Source: Cyanophora paradoxa CCMP329
Lineage: Eukaryota > Plantae > Glaucophyta
Length of the DNA: 64,000 bases
NCBI GenBank assembly: GCA_004431415.1
Contig: QPMI01000649.1
Coordinates: 76,870 to 140,869 of the forward strand
Direction of reading: 5' to 3'
In this document: positions 1 through 11,300 of the stretch, piece by piece
Layout of the letters: every line of letters starts with the position of its first letter
Numbering within the stretch: position 1 is the stretch's first letter
The notes under the pieces: model-generated
What the model was told of the DNA's origin: nothing
What the model saw: only the letters and a program-made list of their open reading frames with translations
Databases searched by the model: none
Program-made: the position numbers and the translations under genes

Positions 1-2341
1 GGCCCCGCAGGACCCTCAGGACGAGGAGGAGGAGACTCTCGTCGCGTCGCCGCGCCCCGCGCCGGCGCCGCCCGTGCCTCGTGCGCACCCCCGCCTCGCG
101 TCCGCCCGGCTTGGGCCGCCCGGGCCGAGCGGCCGGCGCGCAGGCCGGCGCGCGTCTCGGCGGGGGCGCAGACGACGCCGGCGCTCGAGCAGCCGAAGCG
201 GAGGGGGCGGCAGCAGCCGGCGAAGCGGAAGGACTCGGCGCCCGCGCCCCCGGCGGCCCCGATGGGCCCCGTCGAGTCCAAGCACGTCGACGGTGCGCGC
301 GCGCCCCTCCCGCCCGCTGGCCCCGTCTCGGGCCCGGGGCTCACGCGGGCGCAGCGGTGGGGATCCGGCACAGCACGCGCATGCGGATGCCCCCGCTCAA
401 GTTCTGGAAGGCCGGCGAGAAGGTCGTCTACCAGCGCCCCGCCGACGCCCGTGCGCCCTCCTCCCACCCTCCTCCTCCTCCTTCGTCGTCGTTGCGAGCC
501 CGTGTCTTCGCAGCGCTCCCCGTGATCGTGGACATCACGACGGCGCCGCCGACGGAGAGCGGCCACCGCGCCAAGCCTCGGCTGGGCGCCGTGGGCCCCA
601 AGCTGCTCCCGGCCCCGGGCGTGGCGGCCTCGCCGGGCGACCCGTACGACGGGGAGGCGACGTACAGCCCCATGACCGCCCAGCGCCTCCGCATGTCCAG
701 CGTCTCCGCCCGCTCCTCGCTCCCCGCGCCCCCCGCCCCCGCCCCCGCGCCCAAGTCCCCGGCCGCCGCCGCCGCCCGCGCCAAGGGCAAGGAGCCTGTG
801 CGGCGCGCCTCGCCCCCGCGGGCCGCCGACTCGCCGCCCAAGCCCAGGCCGCGCACGCCGGCCGTCGCCGGCCCCTCCCACGCCTCCAAGCGCCCCCGGG
901 ACGAGGAGGAGGAGGAGGAGGAGGAGGAGGAGGCTCGCCCCGCGAAGTCTGCCGCCAAGGGCCGCAAGGCGGGCGCGAGCGGCGCGCCCAAGGCCGCCGG
1001 CCGCGGGCGGAGGCGCATCGTCGAGGACGACGAGGACGAGGGCGCCGAGGAGCCGGCGATCAAAGAGGAGGAGGAGGAGGAGGACGGCAAGCGGGCGCGG
1101 AAGAGCGCGAAGAAGGCGGGCGGGGAGGATGCCGCCGCCAAGAAGCGCGGCCGGCCTTCCAAGGACAAGGCGGGGGCGGCGCCGCCCGCAGCAGCCGCCG
1201 CCGCGCGCAAGCGGCCGTCCAAAGACGACGACGAGGAGGAGGAGGAGGAGGAGGCGCCCGCGGTGGCCCCGGCCAAGGCCAAGGCGAAGGGCGCCAAGTC
1301 CCCCTCCAGGCCCGGCAAGTCGCCCGCGAAGAAGGCCCCGGCCAAGTCCCCGGCAAAGGCCCCGGCCAAGTCTCCGGCCAAGCCGCCCGCGGCGAAGCCG
1401 GCGGCGAAGCCGGCGGCGAAGCCGGCGGCAAAGCCCGCAGCGAAGCAGGCGGCCAAGTCCCCAAAGCCCGCCAAGCGCGCGAAGGTGCGAGAAAGCGAGC
1501 CGGCCGCTCGTCGTCTCGCTCGCCGGTGGCGAAGGGGGCGCAGGTGGCCGCGAAGGAGGACAGCGAGGAGGAGGAGCGCACGTGGACGGATTCTGACGAG
1601 GAGGCGGAGGGGAAGCACAGGGGCAAGCGGGCCGCGCGGCCCGCGCGCCGGCCGGCGCCGCCCCGGGACGAGGAGGAGGAGGAAGAGGAGGAGAGGGACG
1701 AGCGGCAGGCGTCGCCGCCGCCGCCGCCGCCGCCGCCGGCGCGTCGGGCCGCCTCCGCAAAGAAAGCCGAGTCCGCCGCCGCGGCGGCGAAGCGGGCCGC
1801 CGACGCGGCCGCCATGCCCCGCCCCGCCGCCGCCGCCCGCAAGTCGCCCGTGCGCCCCCGCCCCCGCCGCCCCTCGGCGCCGCTCTGTCTGAGGCGCGGG
1901 GCGGGCGGCGCAGGGCGCGTCGAGGAGGCAGCAGGGCTCCTCCCCGAAGGCGGCCAAGCCCAAGCCGAAGGAGAAGGAGCGCAAGCGCGGCAAGGCGCGC
2001 CCCCCCTCTCTCTCCTTCCCTTAATTCCTTCCCTTAGCCTCGCCCCGGCCGCCCCTGACGCCCTCCGTAGAGCGCGGCGCTGTCGGACGAGGAGCAGCCG
2101 CCGGCTGCGGCGGCGAAGAAGGCGCCCGCCCGCCCCGCCTCCGACGACGACGACTCCGACGACGACGACCTCGACGTGCCCCTCGAGGGTCCGCCCCGTA
2201 CCCCCCTTCCACTTCGACGTACCCGTCCCGTCCCGACGCGGCGGGGCGCGCGCAGAGCGGATCGTGAAGATGAGCCAGGGCTTCTTCAAGAAGCCCGGCC
2301 CCGCCGGCGCCTCGTTCCTCGCCTCCGGGTCCCGCCGCTGA
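1..2341 (+). CDS. CENP-C-motif centromere protein (CENP-C/Mif2-like, KNL2 not excluded); multi-exon, 5'-partial
   Basis: Exon at 355 encodes GIRHSTRMRMPPLKFWKAGEKVVY (360-431), matching the CENP-C motif RxSxRxRxxPLxY/FWxxExxxY. It is followed by an AT-hook KKRGRPSK (1140-1163), H1-like AKSP/AKPA repeats and acidic tracts. Last exon ends GASFLASGSRR-TGA at 2341. Confidence 0.65.
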   Translation, partial: APQDPQDEEEETLVASPRPAPAPPVPRAHPRLASARLGPPGPSGRRAGRRASRRGRRRRRRSSSRSGGGGSSRRSGRTRRPRPRRPRWAPSSPSTSTVRARPSRPLAPSRARGSRGRSGGDPAQHAHADAPAQVLEGRREGRLPAPRRRPCALLPPSSSSFVVVASPCLRSAPRDRGHHDGAADGERPPRQASAGRRGPQAAPGPGRGGLAGRPVRRGGDVQPHDRPAPPHVQRLRPLLAPRAPRPRPRAQVPGRRRRPRQGQGACAARLAPAGRRLAAQAQAAHAGRRRPLPRLQAPPGRGGGGGGGGGGSPREVCRQGPQGGRERRAQGRRPRAEAHRRGRRGRGRRGAGDQRGGGGGGRQAGAEEREEGGRGGCRRQEARPAFQGQGGGGAARSSRRRAQAAVQRRRRGGGGGGGARGGPGQGQGEGRQVPLQARQVAREEGPGQVPGKGPGQVSGQAARGEAGGEAGGEAGGKARSEAGGQVPKARQAREGARKRAGRSSSRSPVAKGAQVAAKEDSEEEERTWTDSDEEAEGKHRGKRAARPARRPAPPRDEEEEEEEERDERQASPPPPPPPPARRAASAKKAESAAAAAKRAADAAAMPRPAAAARKSPVRPRPRRPSAPLCLRRGAGGAGRVEEAAGLLPEGGQAQAEGEGAQARQGAPPLSLLPLIPSLSLAPAAPDALRRARRCRTRSSRRLRRRRRRPPAPPPTTTTPTTTTSTCPSRVRPVPPFHFDVPVPSRRGGARAERIVKMSQGFFKKPGPAGASFLASGSRR
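1270..1485 (+). repeat. Coding histone-H1-tail-like K/A/P repeats (AKSP, AKPA)
   Basis: Tandem 12-nt units gcgaagccggcg and gccaagtccccg encoding AKPA and AKSP. Confidence 0.85.
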
Positions 2342-2700
2342 AGCCGAAGCCGACGCGTACCCCCCACGACGCGCCCCGAGCTGACAGCATCCCCCCCTCT
2401 GTACAGGCTAGATCTAGCCCCTCGCCCGCGCTGCCCTCCGATCCCGTCCCGTCCCGTCCCTCGCCATGCAGATTTTACGGTTGAATTTCATGCGTTTTAC
2501 GGCGACCCCGCTTGCAATTGCAACACGCGCCCGGGCTCACATGTACACATCACGTTGCTTGAAACGCACAAGCACTGGAAGAAGCTTACAGCTGCCACAA
2601 GTTACGCTACCTGATCGGCGACAAAAAGCATCGGCAGGACGCCGGGTGTAATAAAGAAGGGGAAAAAGAAGTCGCCGCCCCAAAGACACGAAAATAAACA

Positions 2701-5700
2701 TCACAGGACGAACGGGGCCGCGCCGCGCAAAAGCACGCGGCGGGCCCCCTGCATGAGCTCCTCGAGCTCGGGTGCGGGCCCGCGGGGCCCGTCAGAGGGG
2801 CCGGAGGGGCAGGGCGCGCGTGGGCAGGAAGCGGCAGGCCCCGCCCGAGAGGCCCCCGTGGTCGATACCTTGCACCGTGACGTTCTCCAGGGGGACCTGC
2901 CCCCGCCGGGGTGAACAGACGCCCCTGGACGGTTCGAAGGGAGGGGAGGGGGGCGAAGCGGACCTGGGGTACGACGTCGCGGACGACGCGGCGGAGGAGA
3001 ACGGTCGCCGAGGCGGTGGCGGCGGCGGCGTCGCGGGGCACGCGACCCTCGCAATAGGGGCACGCGGCGCTCGCGCAGCGGAAGGCCGCCGCGCAGAGGT
3101 GCGGCGCCGCGGCCGCTGCCGCTGCCGAGGACGAGGACGAGGGCGACGGCGGCGGGGCGGCCCCGGCGACGGCGGCGGGCCGGGGCCGGGGCCGGGGTGG
3201 CGGCGTCGGCGACGGCGTCGAGCCGGAAGCGGATGTGGCGGAGGCGGGGCAGGGCCGCAAGGGGCGCGAGGGCCTCCGGCGAGAGGGCCGCCCGCCCCAG
3301 CACCTCGAGGGACTCGAGCGAGGGGAAGAGCGCCGGGACGGCGCGCAGGTGGGCGGGCCCGGCGTAGCGCGGGAGCGAGAGGCGGGAGACGCGGGCGAGG
3401 GCGGCGCGGAGCTCCTCGGGCTCGCAGAAGGACTCGACGTCGGCGCCGGCCCACGCCTCCGAGTCGTCGCCCCAGGCGAGCAGGCAGGGCGAGACGCGCG
3501 GGGAGTGCTCGAGGTGCACGGCGGCCGCCGAGGGCACGTGCGCCGCCGCCGAGAGGAGCGTCAGCGGGTGCTCGGCCCCCGGGAGCCGCAGGTCGCGCAG
3601 GTGCGGGCACGAGGCGGCCAGGGCGCGCAGCTCGCCGGGGGACTCGACGCGGGGCCCCGCCGTCTGGAGCTCCGAGGCGTCCAGGGCCTTCAGCGCCGGG
3701 CAGCGGGCCGTGAGGGGCCCCAGGAAGGGCCCCGGCGGGTAGTCGTTGCCGCGGACGCGGAGGGACTCGAGGGCGGGGCATGCGAGCTCGACGCGGACGC
3801 CGGCGTGCGCGCAGACGAAGCGGAGCGTCAGGCTCCGCAGCGTCGAGTGGCGCACGAGGATCGGCTCCCAGCGCGTCCGCTGCTCCCCCGGCGGCCGCCG
3901 CGCCGCCGCCGCCGCCCGCTGCGGCGACGGCAGCAGCGCTGCCGGGACGGGGATGGGCTCATCAGGGACGAGCGGCGGGGGCGCCGCCGGGGTGGCCTCG
4001 AGCGGGAGGGCGGAGGGGGCCGCGGGGTCGGCGGGAGGGGCACGGGCGCCGTGCCCTCGAGGGGCGGGCCGTGCAGGGCGAAGAAGGGGGCGGGAACAGG
4101 GCGCGCCGGCTCAGGGCCGTCCGCGGCCGCGCGGGCCGCCGCGGGTCCCGAACGTCGGGCCCCTCCGAGCGCGGGCCGCCCGGGTACAGGAGCGCGCCGG
4201 CGCCGGCCGGCGGCGTGGCCGCCGAGGAGGAGGACGACGAGGGCCCTGGGGCGCCGTCCTCGCCGGGGGGCGTACCCCCCCACGGCTCGCGGCCCCCCTC
4301 CTCGTCCTCCTCGACGAGAATGGCGTCCCCCTCCTCCGCAAGCTCCTCCTCCTCCTCGAGGGGCGCGTGGAGGCGGCCGGCGCGCACGCCCCACGCCCGC
4401 CACACCGCCGCCGCCGCCGCCGAGGACGATGGCATTGGCCCCGTCCGGGCGCCGAGCGCCCATCGGCACGGCGGCGGGCGCCGCGGCGGCTGCACCGCCG
4501 AGACGGGTACCGCGTCCGCCTCGCTGTAAAGGGGTACGCCGTCCCCGCGCTCCCCGGGAGGGCGCCGGCGCCGTCCTCCTCCTCCTCGTCACGCTCCGCC
4601 GCCGCCGCGTCGGCCTCCTCCGGGGGTACGCCGCCGCGGGGCGCGGCTCGTCGGCGACGCGCACGAGCTCGGCGAGCGCGCCGCGGCTGAGGCCGGCCGC
4701 GGCCGCCATGCGCTCGTCGTACTCGTACCCGCCGTCCTCCTCCTCCTCCTCGTCGCCCTCGCCCTCCGCCTCCTCCTCCTCCTCGTCCTCCTCGCCGTAG
4801 GCGTGGTGACCCTCGAGCCCGCCCTCGCCCTCGCCTTCGCCCTCGCCCTCGTCGCTCTCCTCGGCGATGCCCATCGCGTGGCTCATCTCCGGCGTCAGGC
4901 TCGCGAAGCCGACGCCGGCCGCGCCCGCGTGCGGGAGCAGCAGGAGCGGCCCGCCGGGCGCCGGAATCGCAAAGGCGGCGGCCGCGCCCGTGCGCCCGGG
5001 GCCCGCCATGAGGCCGACGTGAAGCGACTCCAGCTGCGGCGCGGGGCGGGGCGGGGCGCGGGTTCGGCTCCCGGCGGCGCAGCAACGGGAGGCGCGGCGG
5101 GCCGGCACCTCGGGGAGGAGCGTATCCATCGTCTCGAAGAACTCGTAGACGTCGTCCGTGATAGCCGAGAGATACACCTGCGCGCGCGCCCGCGCGGGTT
5201 CGAACCGGGCGAGGGCCGGGCGGCGCCCGCGCGGGGCGGGCCGCGGGCGAGGGCGGGCGGGCGGGCGGACCTCGAGCTGCCGGACGGGCAGAGTCTGCCG
5301 CCGGAAGAGCGAGAGAACCCGGGACACCATGAGCGCGGAGCTGAGCTCCAGCCGAATGTTGAGGATGCAGTTCTGCGCGGGTGCGATCAGCTGCCAGCGC
5401 AGGCGGAGCGCGCGACAAGGTCGACACAGTGCTCGCCTTGACCACGGAGCGGAAGCGCGTCGAGACCGCCACTGGACGCGCGCGGTCACCGGTGAGCGGC
5501 AAGCGGGGCGCGGCGGCGAACGTGCGGGGCCTTACTCAGATCGCCGAACGCAGGGTCCGTAATGTTCAGATTCAGGAACGAGAAGATCTGCGAGGAGGGC
5601 GTGGGCGGCGCGGCGGCGTGGCGCGGAGGGTCTCACGTGGGCGAGCAGGTTGTCATCTAGGAGGTCCATCGGCGACTCAAGATCGTCGTCTTCCGGGGAG

Positions 5701-5783
5701 AATATATCGGCCGTCGGAACGGCCGCCTCCTCTGTCTCATCCTGCTGTCCGGTCGTTGCCGTGTCCACGGGATTGCTGAACTG
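2701..5783 (-). CDS. F-box/LRR protein with acidic low-complexity insert; multi-exon, 5' end uncertain
   Basis: Spliced F-box MDLLDDNLLAH|IFSFLNLNITDPAFGDL|MAVSTRFRSVVK. LRR-like units LESLHV, LRSLTL, CPALESLRV, CPALKALDAS, CPHLRDLRL, FPSLESLEV, LPRLRHIRF. Stop TGA at 2701-2703. Confidence 0.75.
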
Positions 5784-6375
5784 GCAGTGAGTGCTGATCC
5801 GCCCGCCTTGCTGCCGCGGCGTGCTGGGAGTCGAGTTTGGCCCGTTTCCCCCTATCCCGCTGGCAAGGTCCGCGACCTGTAAGTGCAGTCCGAGTCAGAG
5901 GCTTGTCCTCTCTCGTTGCCGGAGGCCGCGCAGGGCTTGGAACGCACTGCTGGAGAGAGCACGATGAGAGGATGCGCCTCCTTGGCCTACGGGTGCGCGG
6001 AGGAACTCCGTTCAGGGGAGCCGCACGTCTCTGGGAGGGCGCAGCTCGCGCATGCAGCTTACCTCTGCATGGCCCACTTGCCGAGGCTCTACCGAGCCAA
6101 GCCCGGGGCTCTTCATCTGGGCCGGGCTCACTTCGGCTCGCGTTGTACCCGAGTGCTCAAGTGAAGGCGTACCCCAAGAGTGGTTGACTTTGCGCCAGCG
6201 CGGCACCGGCGGCGCCGGCGCGGGCCGGGGGCCGCGCCGGGGGCCCCGGCGCGCACCGATCGCCGGTCGGCCGCGGGCAATGCCTGCTCGCCGAGGAGTC
6301 GGTTTGGCCAGCACTGCGGCAGCTGCATGCAGCGCTATCCGCTGAGCTAGCGCTCTGATGTAGGCGCTAGCGCTA

Positions 6376-6430
6376 GCCGGCCGGGCGCTTGAAGCGCGCG
6401 CTCGGCCGGCCGGGCGCTTGAAGCGCGCGC
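6376..6430. repeat. Short direct repeat x2 (gccggccgggcgcttgaagcgcgcgc)
   Basis: Two adjacent copies in palindrome-rich intergenic DNA. Confidence 0.7.
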
Positions 6431-6865
6431 CAACGCGAGCACTTGCGCCCGGCCTTATAATTATATGTACACGCATATACGTACAACATGTACAAAGATA
6501 TCGGTGCATGTGTGCGGTGCTAGAGCGGCTCGCGCTGGCTTCCATTCAAGTGGTTGCCTCTGATCCGGCCGCGGGCCGGCTAGGGCTGCGCATGCGCATA
6601 TCATACTATGCATGCAGCTCGCCCGCGGCCGGCGCCGCGGCGGCCCCATGCCATGATGGCCATGACTTTCTGTCCTGGCCGCGGCCGCGCGCACTAGTAC
6701 TCTCGTCCTGACCGCGGGCGATCAGGCAATGGCCCAGCTGCAGCTGGTCCTGTGCGTGTGTGCTACCGTCTCACTGACACCAAATGCACACAGCGCGCGC
6801 GGGGAGTGCGGGAGCGGCCGGCCCCTCGCCGCCAGCTGCGGCGCCGGCGCTCGCGCACGGTCCGG

Positions 6866-8059
6866 TCACCCGGCGCCGGGCTGCTCGTCGGCCTCGTCGG
6901 GCCCGTCGAGCTCGCCGCGGAGCGCCGCCTGCTGCGCCTGCAGCTCCCGCTCCCGCGCGTCCTCCTCCTCGATCGCCCGCTTGATCTGGATCCGCTCCTG
7001 CCCGGGCCCACGCCACCGCCCGTCAGCCGCACAGTTTCAGAGCGAAGGAGCGAGGGTGCGGGCGGCCGGGGCCGGGCCCGGGGCCGGGGCGGGGCGGACC
7101 AGCACGGTCATCTCGCCGAGCTTGGCGTTCTGCGCGGCCTGCGCCGCGCGCTTCGTCTGCCGCCGCGCGTCCCGCAGCAGGAACCGCTTCAGGTCCTCCG
7201 CGCTCATCGTCTCGCCCTCGCCCGACCTGCCCGCCGCCCGGATCAAATTCTCGAGGAATTTAAGAAAAGCGGCGAATGAATGCGGACCGGTCGATGTAGT
7301 CGACGAGCTCGGGGACGAGCTTGGGGTCGATGCCGAGCTCCTTGCTCTCCTTCAGCATGGTCGCCAGCGCGTGCGCGCCCACCCGGCCCTTCCGCTGCTG
7401 GTCGAAGAACATGAAGAGCTGCGCGGGGCGGGCGTCACACACTCGCCGGCGCCGGCGGGCCACGGGGCGCGGCCCGCGCGGGCCGGCGGGCGGGCGGGCG
7501 GGCGGGCGGGCCTGGTTGATGGCGTAGTTCGTGTGCCCTGAGGCCGTCTGCGTCGCGATGCTCTGCTCATGCACGCACTTGTCCATGACCTGGCGCCACC
7601 CCGCAAGGTCAAGAGGGGCAGCGGCAGGCGCGGCGGCCGGGCACGCGCGCGCGCGCGCACCTGGATCATCTGCTCGAGCGTGACCACGCCGTGCCTGGGG
7701 TCGCTGACCTGCTCGCGCGGGCGCCTCCGTCAGGGATCCAAAGCGGCGCCGGCGGGGCGCGCGGGGCGAACGCGTGTGAAGGCCATGAGCGAGTCGCGGT
7801 CGACGTGGAGCGCGAGCATCTTAAGGATCTTCGCCGCGAGCTGAAACGGGATCGCGTTGTCCTTGTCCACGTCCATGTAGCGCCAGATCTCCAGGAACTC
7901 CTGCCCCGACGCGCCAGGCCGTGAGCCACGGCGCGCGGCGAGCGCAGCGCCGGCGCCGGCACTTCGGCGGACCTTCTTCTGGTTCCTGGAGAGCCCTCGG
8001 CTGTTGTCATCGTCGTCGTCCTGAGCGAACTTCTTCGTTGGCGGAGCGAGGTTCGCCAT
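6866..8059 (-). CDS. Divergent EF-hand (calmodulin/centrin-like) protein with coiled-coil tail; multi-exon
   Basis: ATG 8059 MANLAPPTKK. EF-hand-like segments EFLEIWRYMDVDKDNAIP, DPRHGVVTLEQM, LFMFFDQQRKGRVGAHALATML, GEGETMSAEDLKRFL. Stop TGA 6866-6868. Confidence 0.75.
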
Positions 8060-8357
8060 CTTAGCTCCGGTGCGCCAGGCGACCCGGTGGAGTGGCAAAC
8101 CGCTTTCTTCAGCTCAAGGTGCGTCGTCGCGATATTGAACGGGCTGACTCCGCTAGCTATGATGAAAAGAACGGGGGAGGCCGCGCGGGACTAGCTGTAC
8201 TTTTCCAGGCGCGGATGGTCTAATCTGACGGAATAGCAGAGCGCAGGCTGCGCAGCACAGGCGCGTGCCGTGGACTAGCTTTGTGTTCTAAATCTGTGTA
8301 CCCCGTTCGTCCCGATGTTCCTCTCCGACAGCCCGCCATGAGGAGACGCAGCGAACC

Positions 8358-11300
8358 ATGAGCCAGCCAACGGAAGCGGGCAAAGGCCCGCCGGTGCTGG
8401 TTGCGCTCTGCGAGGTCCGCATTATCCCCGCTGTCCTAGTGCCCCTCCAGCGGGGGTTCGGGCGTAGCGGGCTGTGTCGACGGGATCAGCCCGATCTAGT
8501 GCGGTACTCAGGCAGCTGCCGTCCCCCCCGCGGGACGAGCGGGTCGCGCCGCACGCACGCAGCTTGCGGTTTGCCCCACAGAAGCTGAGCCCCACGCTCA
8601 GTGGGACCTTTCCCGAACCCTAGCACATCCGCCCCACCCGCACTCCTGACGGGCTGCGGCGGAACCCTCCGATTCTGCTGGCCCTATGGCTTGCGCGGCT
8701 GACGCAGGCCCCGCCGCAGGAGCTTAACTGTGCCATATGCCTTGATTACTTCAACGATCCACGAAGCCTTGCTTGCGGGTTCGAAGACGCGCCGCCCGCC
8801 GCCGCCCGCAGCGCCCGCTGACCCGCCCACGCGACTCGGTCGTCGCAGGCACTCGTTCTGCACAACGTGCGTGCGGGGGCTGGTGCACGGGAAGCTCGTG
8901 CAGTGCCCGCAGTGCCGCAAGATCACCACGCTGGGCCAGAGCGGGCTCGCGAGCCTCCCAAAGAACCACGTGGTCCAGAACATCGTCACCAAGATCAAGG
9001 AGACTCAGCGCAAATGCGGTGCACGGCCCGGCCCTCAGAGGATGTGCCTCTCGCTTACGGACGCGTGCGCGGCGCCGGCAGAGCGCTGCGCGTCGGTGCC
9101 CTCGAGCGTCCGGTGCCACGAGTGCCTCAAGCTGCTCTGCGACACGTGCAGCATGAAGATACACCGGTGCGCGCGGCCGATCGCCCGCCCGCCCACCCGC
9201 CCGCCCGGCGGCGGCGCCCGCTCCGCGCCGGGCCGCACGGCCGATCCGCCGCCGGCAGGCTGCGGGACCTGACCCGCCACAATGTCGAGAAGCTCGTAGC
9301 CGGTGGCAAGGTCGTACCCTGGGTCCGCCCTTCCCATTTCCCCGCATCATCCCGCCCCCCGAGCCTCAACGCGCGGGCCCCCTCGCAGCGGCAAGCGTGC
9401 CGCAAGCACCTGGAGAAGCGAATCAAGTACTTCTGCGAGACGGACGGGACCCCGGCCTGCTCCGAATGCGTAGCCGCCCACTTCGGCCACCAGTATTTCG
9501 TCCTCGGGGTGCGCGGCCTCGGCTGCTTCACTTCCTTTCTGTGTACCGGGGATGGATCGAGCGCTTGGCCCCCGCAGGACGCCGCGGCGCGCGCGCGTGC
9601 GGCGCTGGGGGGTATCGTCAAGTCCGCCCACGACGTCATCGGACAGGCGAGCGCGCCGGGCGTAGCGCGCCGAAGCCCTCCCTCGCGGGCTCACCGTACC
9701 CCCCGCCCCGCAGCTCGAGGTTGCGATGGAGGCCCTTAGGCTCGCGGCATCGCGAACGAAGGGCGTCACGAAGACGCCCCCGCCCCCCCGGCCCGACGTG
9801 AGGCGTACCCCTGCCTCTCCGTCCTCCCGCGACCAACCGGGTACCCTCCCTCCGCAGGGTCAGCAGGACCCCAGCCTGTACGAGCGCGGTGCGCTCCCCT
9901 CTGCGGCGTTCGGCTTCCAATTCGCGCGTTGAGCCAGTGCCTCGCATTGCAGCCAAGCTCCTGCACAAGTCGATGCACTCCCTGCACACGCGCCTCGTTC
10001 GCTACTGCCGGGTACGCCCTCTCTTCCCTCTCGGCACCATGTACCCCAACGCCTTCCGGTGACGCTACCCGTGCCGCAGTCGGTGGCGAAAGAGGCGGAC
10101 GAGCTCGAGGTCCTCAGGCTCCGGGGGGAGCTCGTCTCCCTCGTCAACGTACCCCCCCGCCCTTCCCCGTACCCCGGCCCGGCACGCGAGCGACGTGTAC
10201 CCCTCGCGCAGGGCGAGGTCGTCCACGTGGCGCTCAGCGAGTCGGCGGACCTCGTGGTCGACATGAACGCTCAGGCGAGCGCTCCCCCGCCCCGCCTCAA
10301 GCCCCGCGCCGACTGACCTCGCCACCCGCAGCTCGCGTCGGCGCTCGCGGCGGCCGCGCCAGCGGCGGCGGCGGCGGCGGCGGCGGAGGGCGGGAGCGCG
10401 GAGGGCGCCGAGCAGCTGGGCGACACGGCGGGGGAGGGGGAGGGGCGGGCGCGGCCGAGGCGGCCGGCGGCGGCGAGGGCCGGCGGCGGACGAGGCCGGG
10501 CGCCCGCCGAGCGGCCCGCCGCGCGCCGTCCGCTCGCGGCGCCCTCGGTCCCCACGGTCCAGCTCGAGGCACCGCCGGACGAGGGCGCCGCCGGCGCCGG
10601 CGCCGGCGCCGGGGGGGCAGAGGAAGCGGAGGGGCGCACGGCGAGCGAGCGGGAGCGCGGGCTCTACGCCTCGGCCCTCGCGCAGGCAGCCACCGCCATA
10701 TCCCCCGGGTCCGTCCAGCCCCCTCGCCTTGCCTTCCCGTCTGTTCCGTTCTGAGCGGGGCGGGGCGGGCAGGTCGGCCCGGAGCCAGGGCGGCTTCGAC
10801 ACGGAGGAGGACGCCGATTCCGTCCAGGTCCCCCCGTCCCCTGCCCCGGCCCCGGCCCCCGACCCCCGGCCCCGTTTCCGACCGCCGCCGCCGCCGCCCC
10901 TGCGCAGGAGGAGGCGGACGTGGAGGACGAGGCTGGCGGGTCGGTGCGCGACGGCATGCTGCGAGCCTCTCAGGCCAGCCCGGGGCCCTCGCCGCTCCGC
11001 CAGCCGCCCCACCCCGCCCAGGTCCGCCCTACCCCCCCCCCCCCCCCCCCCCCCCCTTCCCTTCTCAGTTGTTCGTGCTCGTCGGTCAGGCGCGGCGGAG
11101 CGCGAGCCGCCGGCGCTCGAGCGGCGAGGCGAGCGCGAGCGGGGCGCCACCGAGGCAAAGGGCCCGCCCGAGGGCCCCGCCGCCGCAGGCGAGGCTGCCG
11201 GGCCGTCCTCGCCGGGCCCCGCCGAGGGCGCCGCCGGGGCGGGGCGGGGGCGGACGCGGACGCCGAGGGCGAGCTCACCGCCGAGCTCTGCGAGGTCCGC

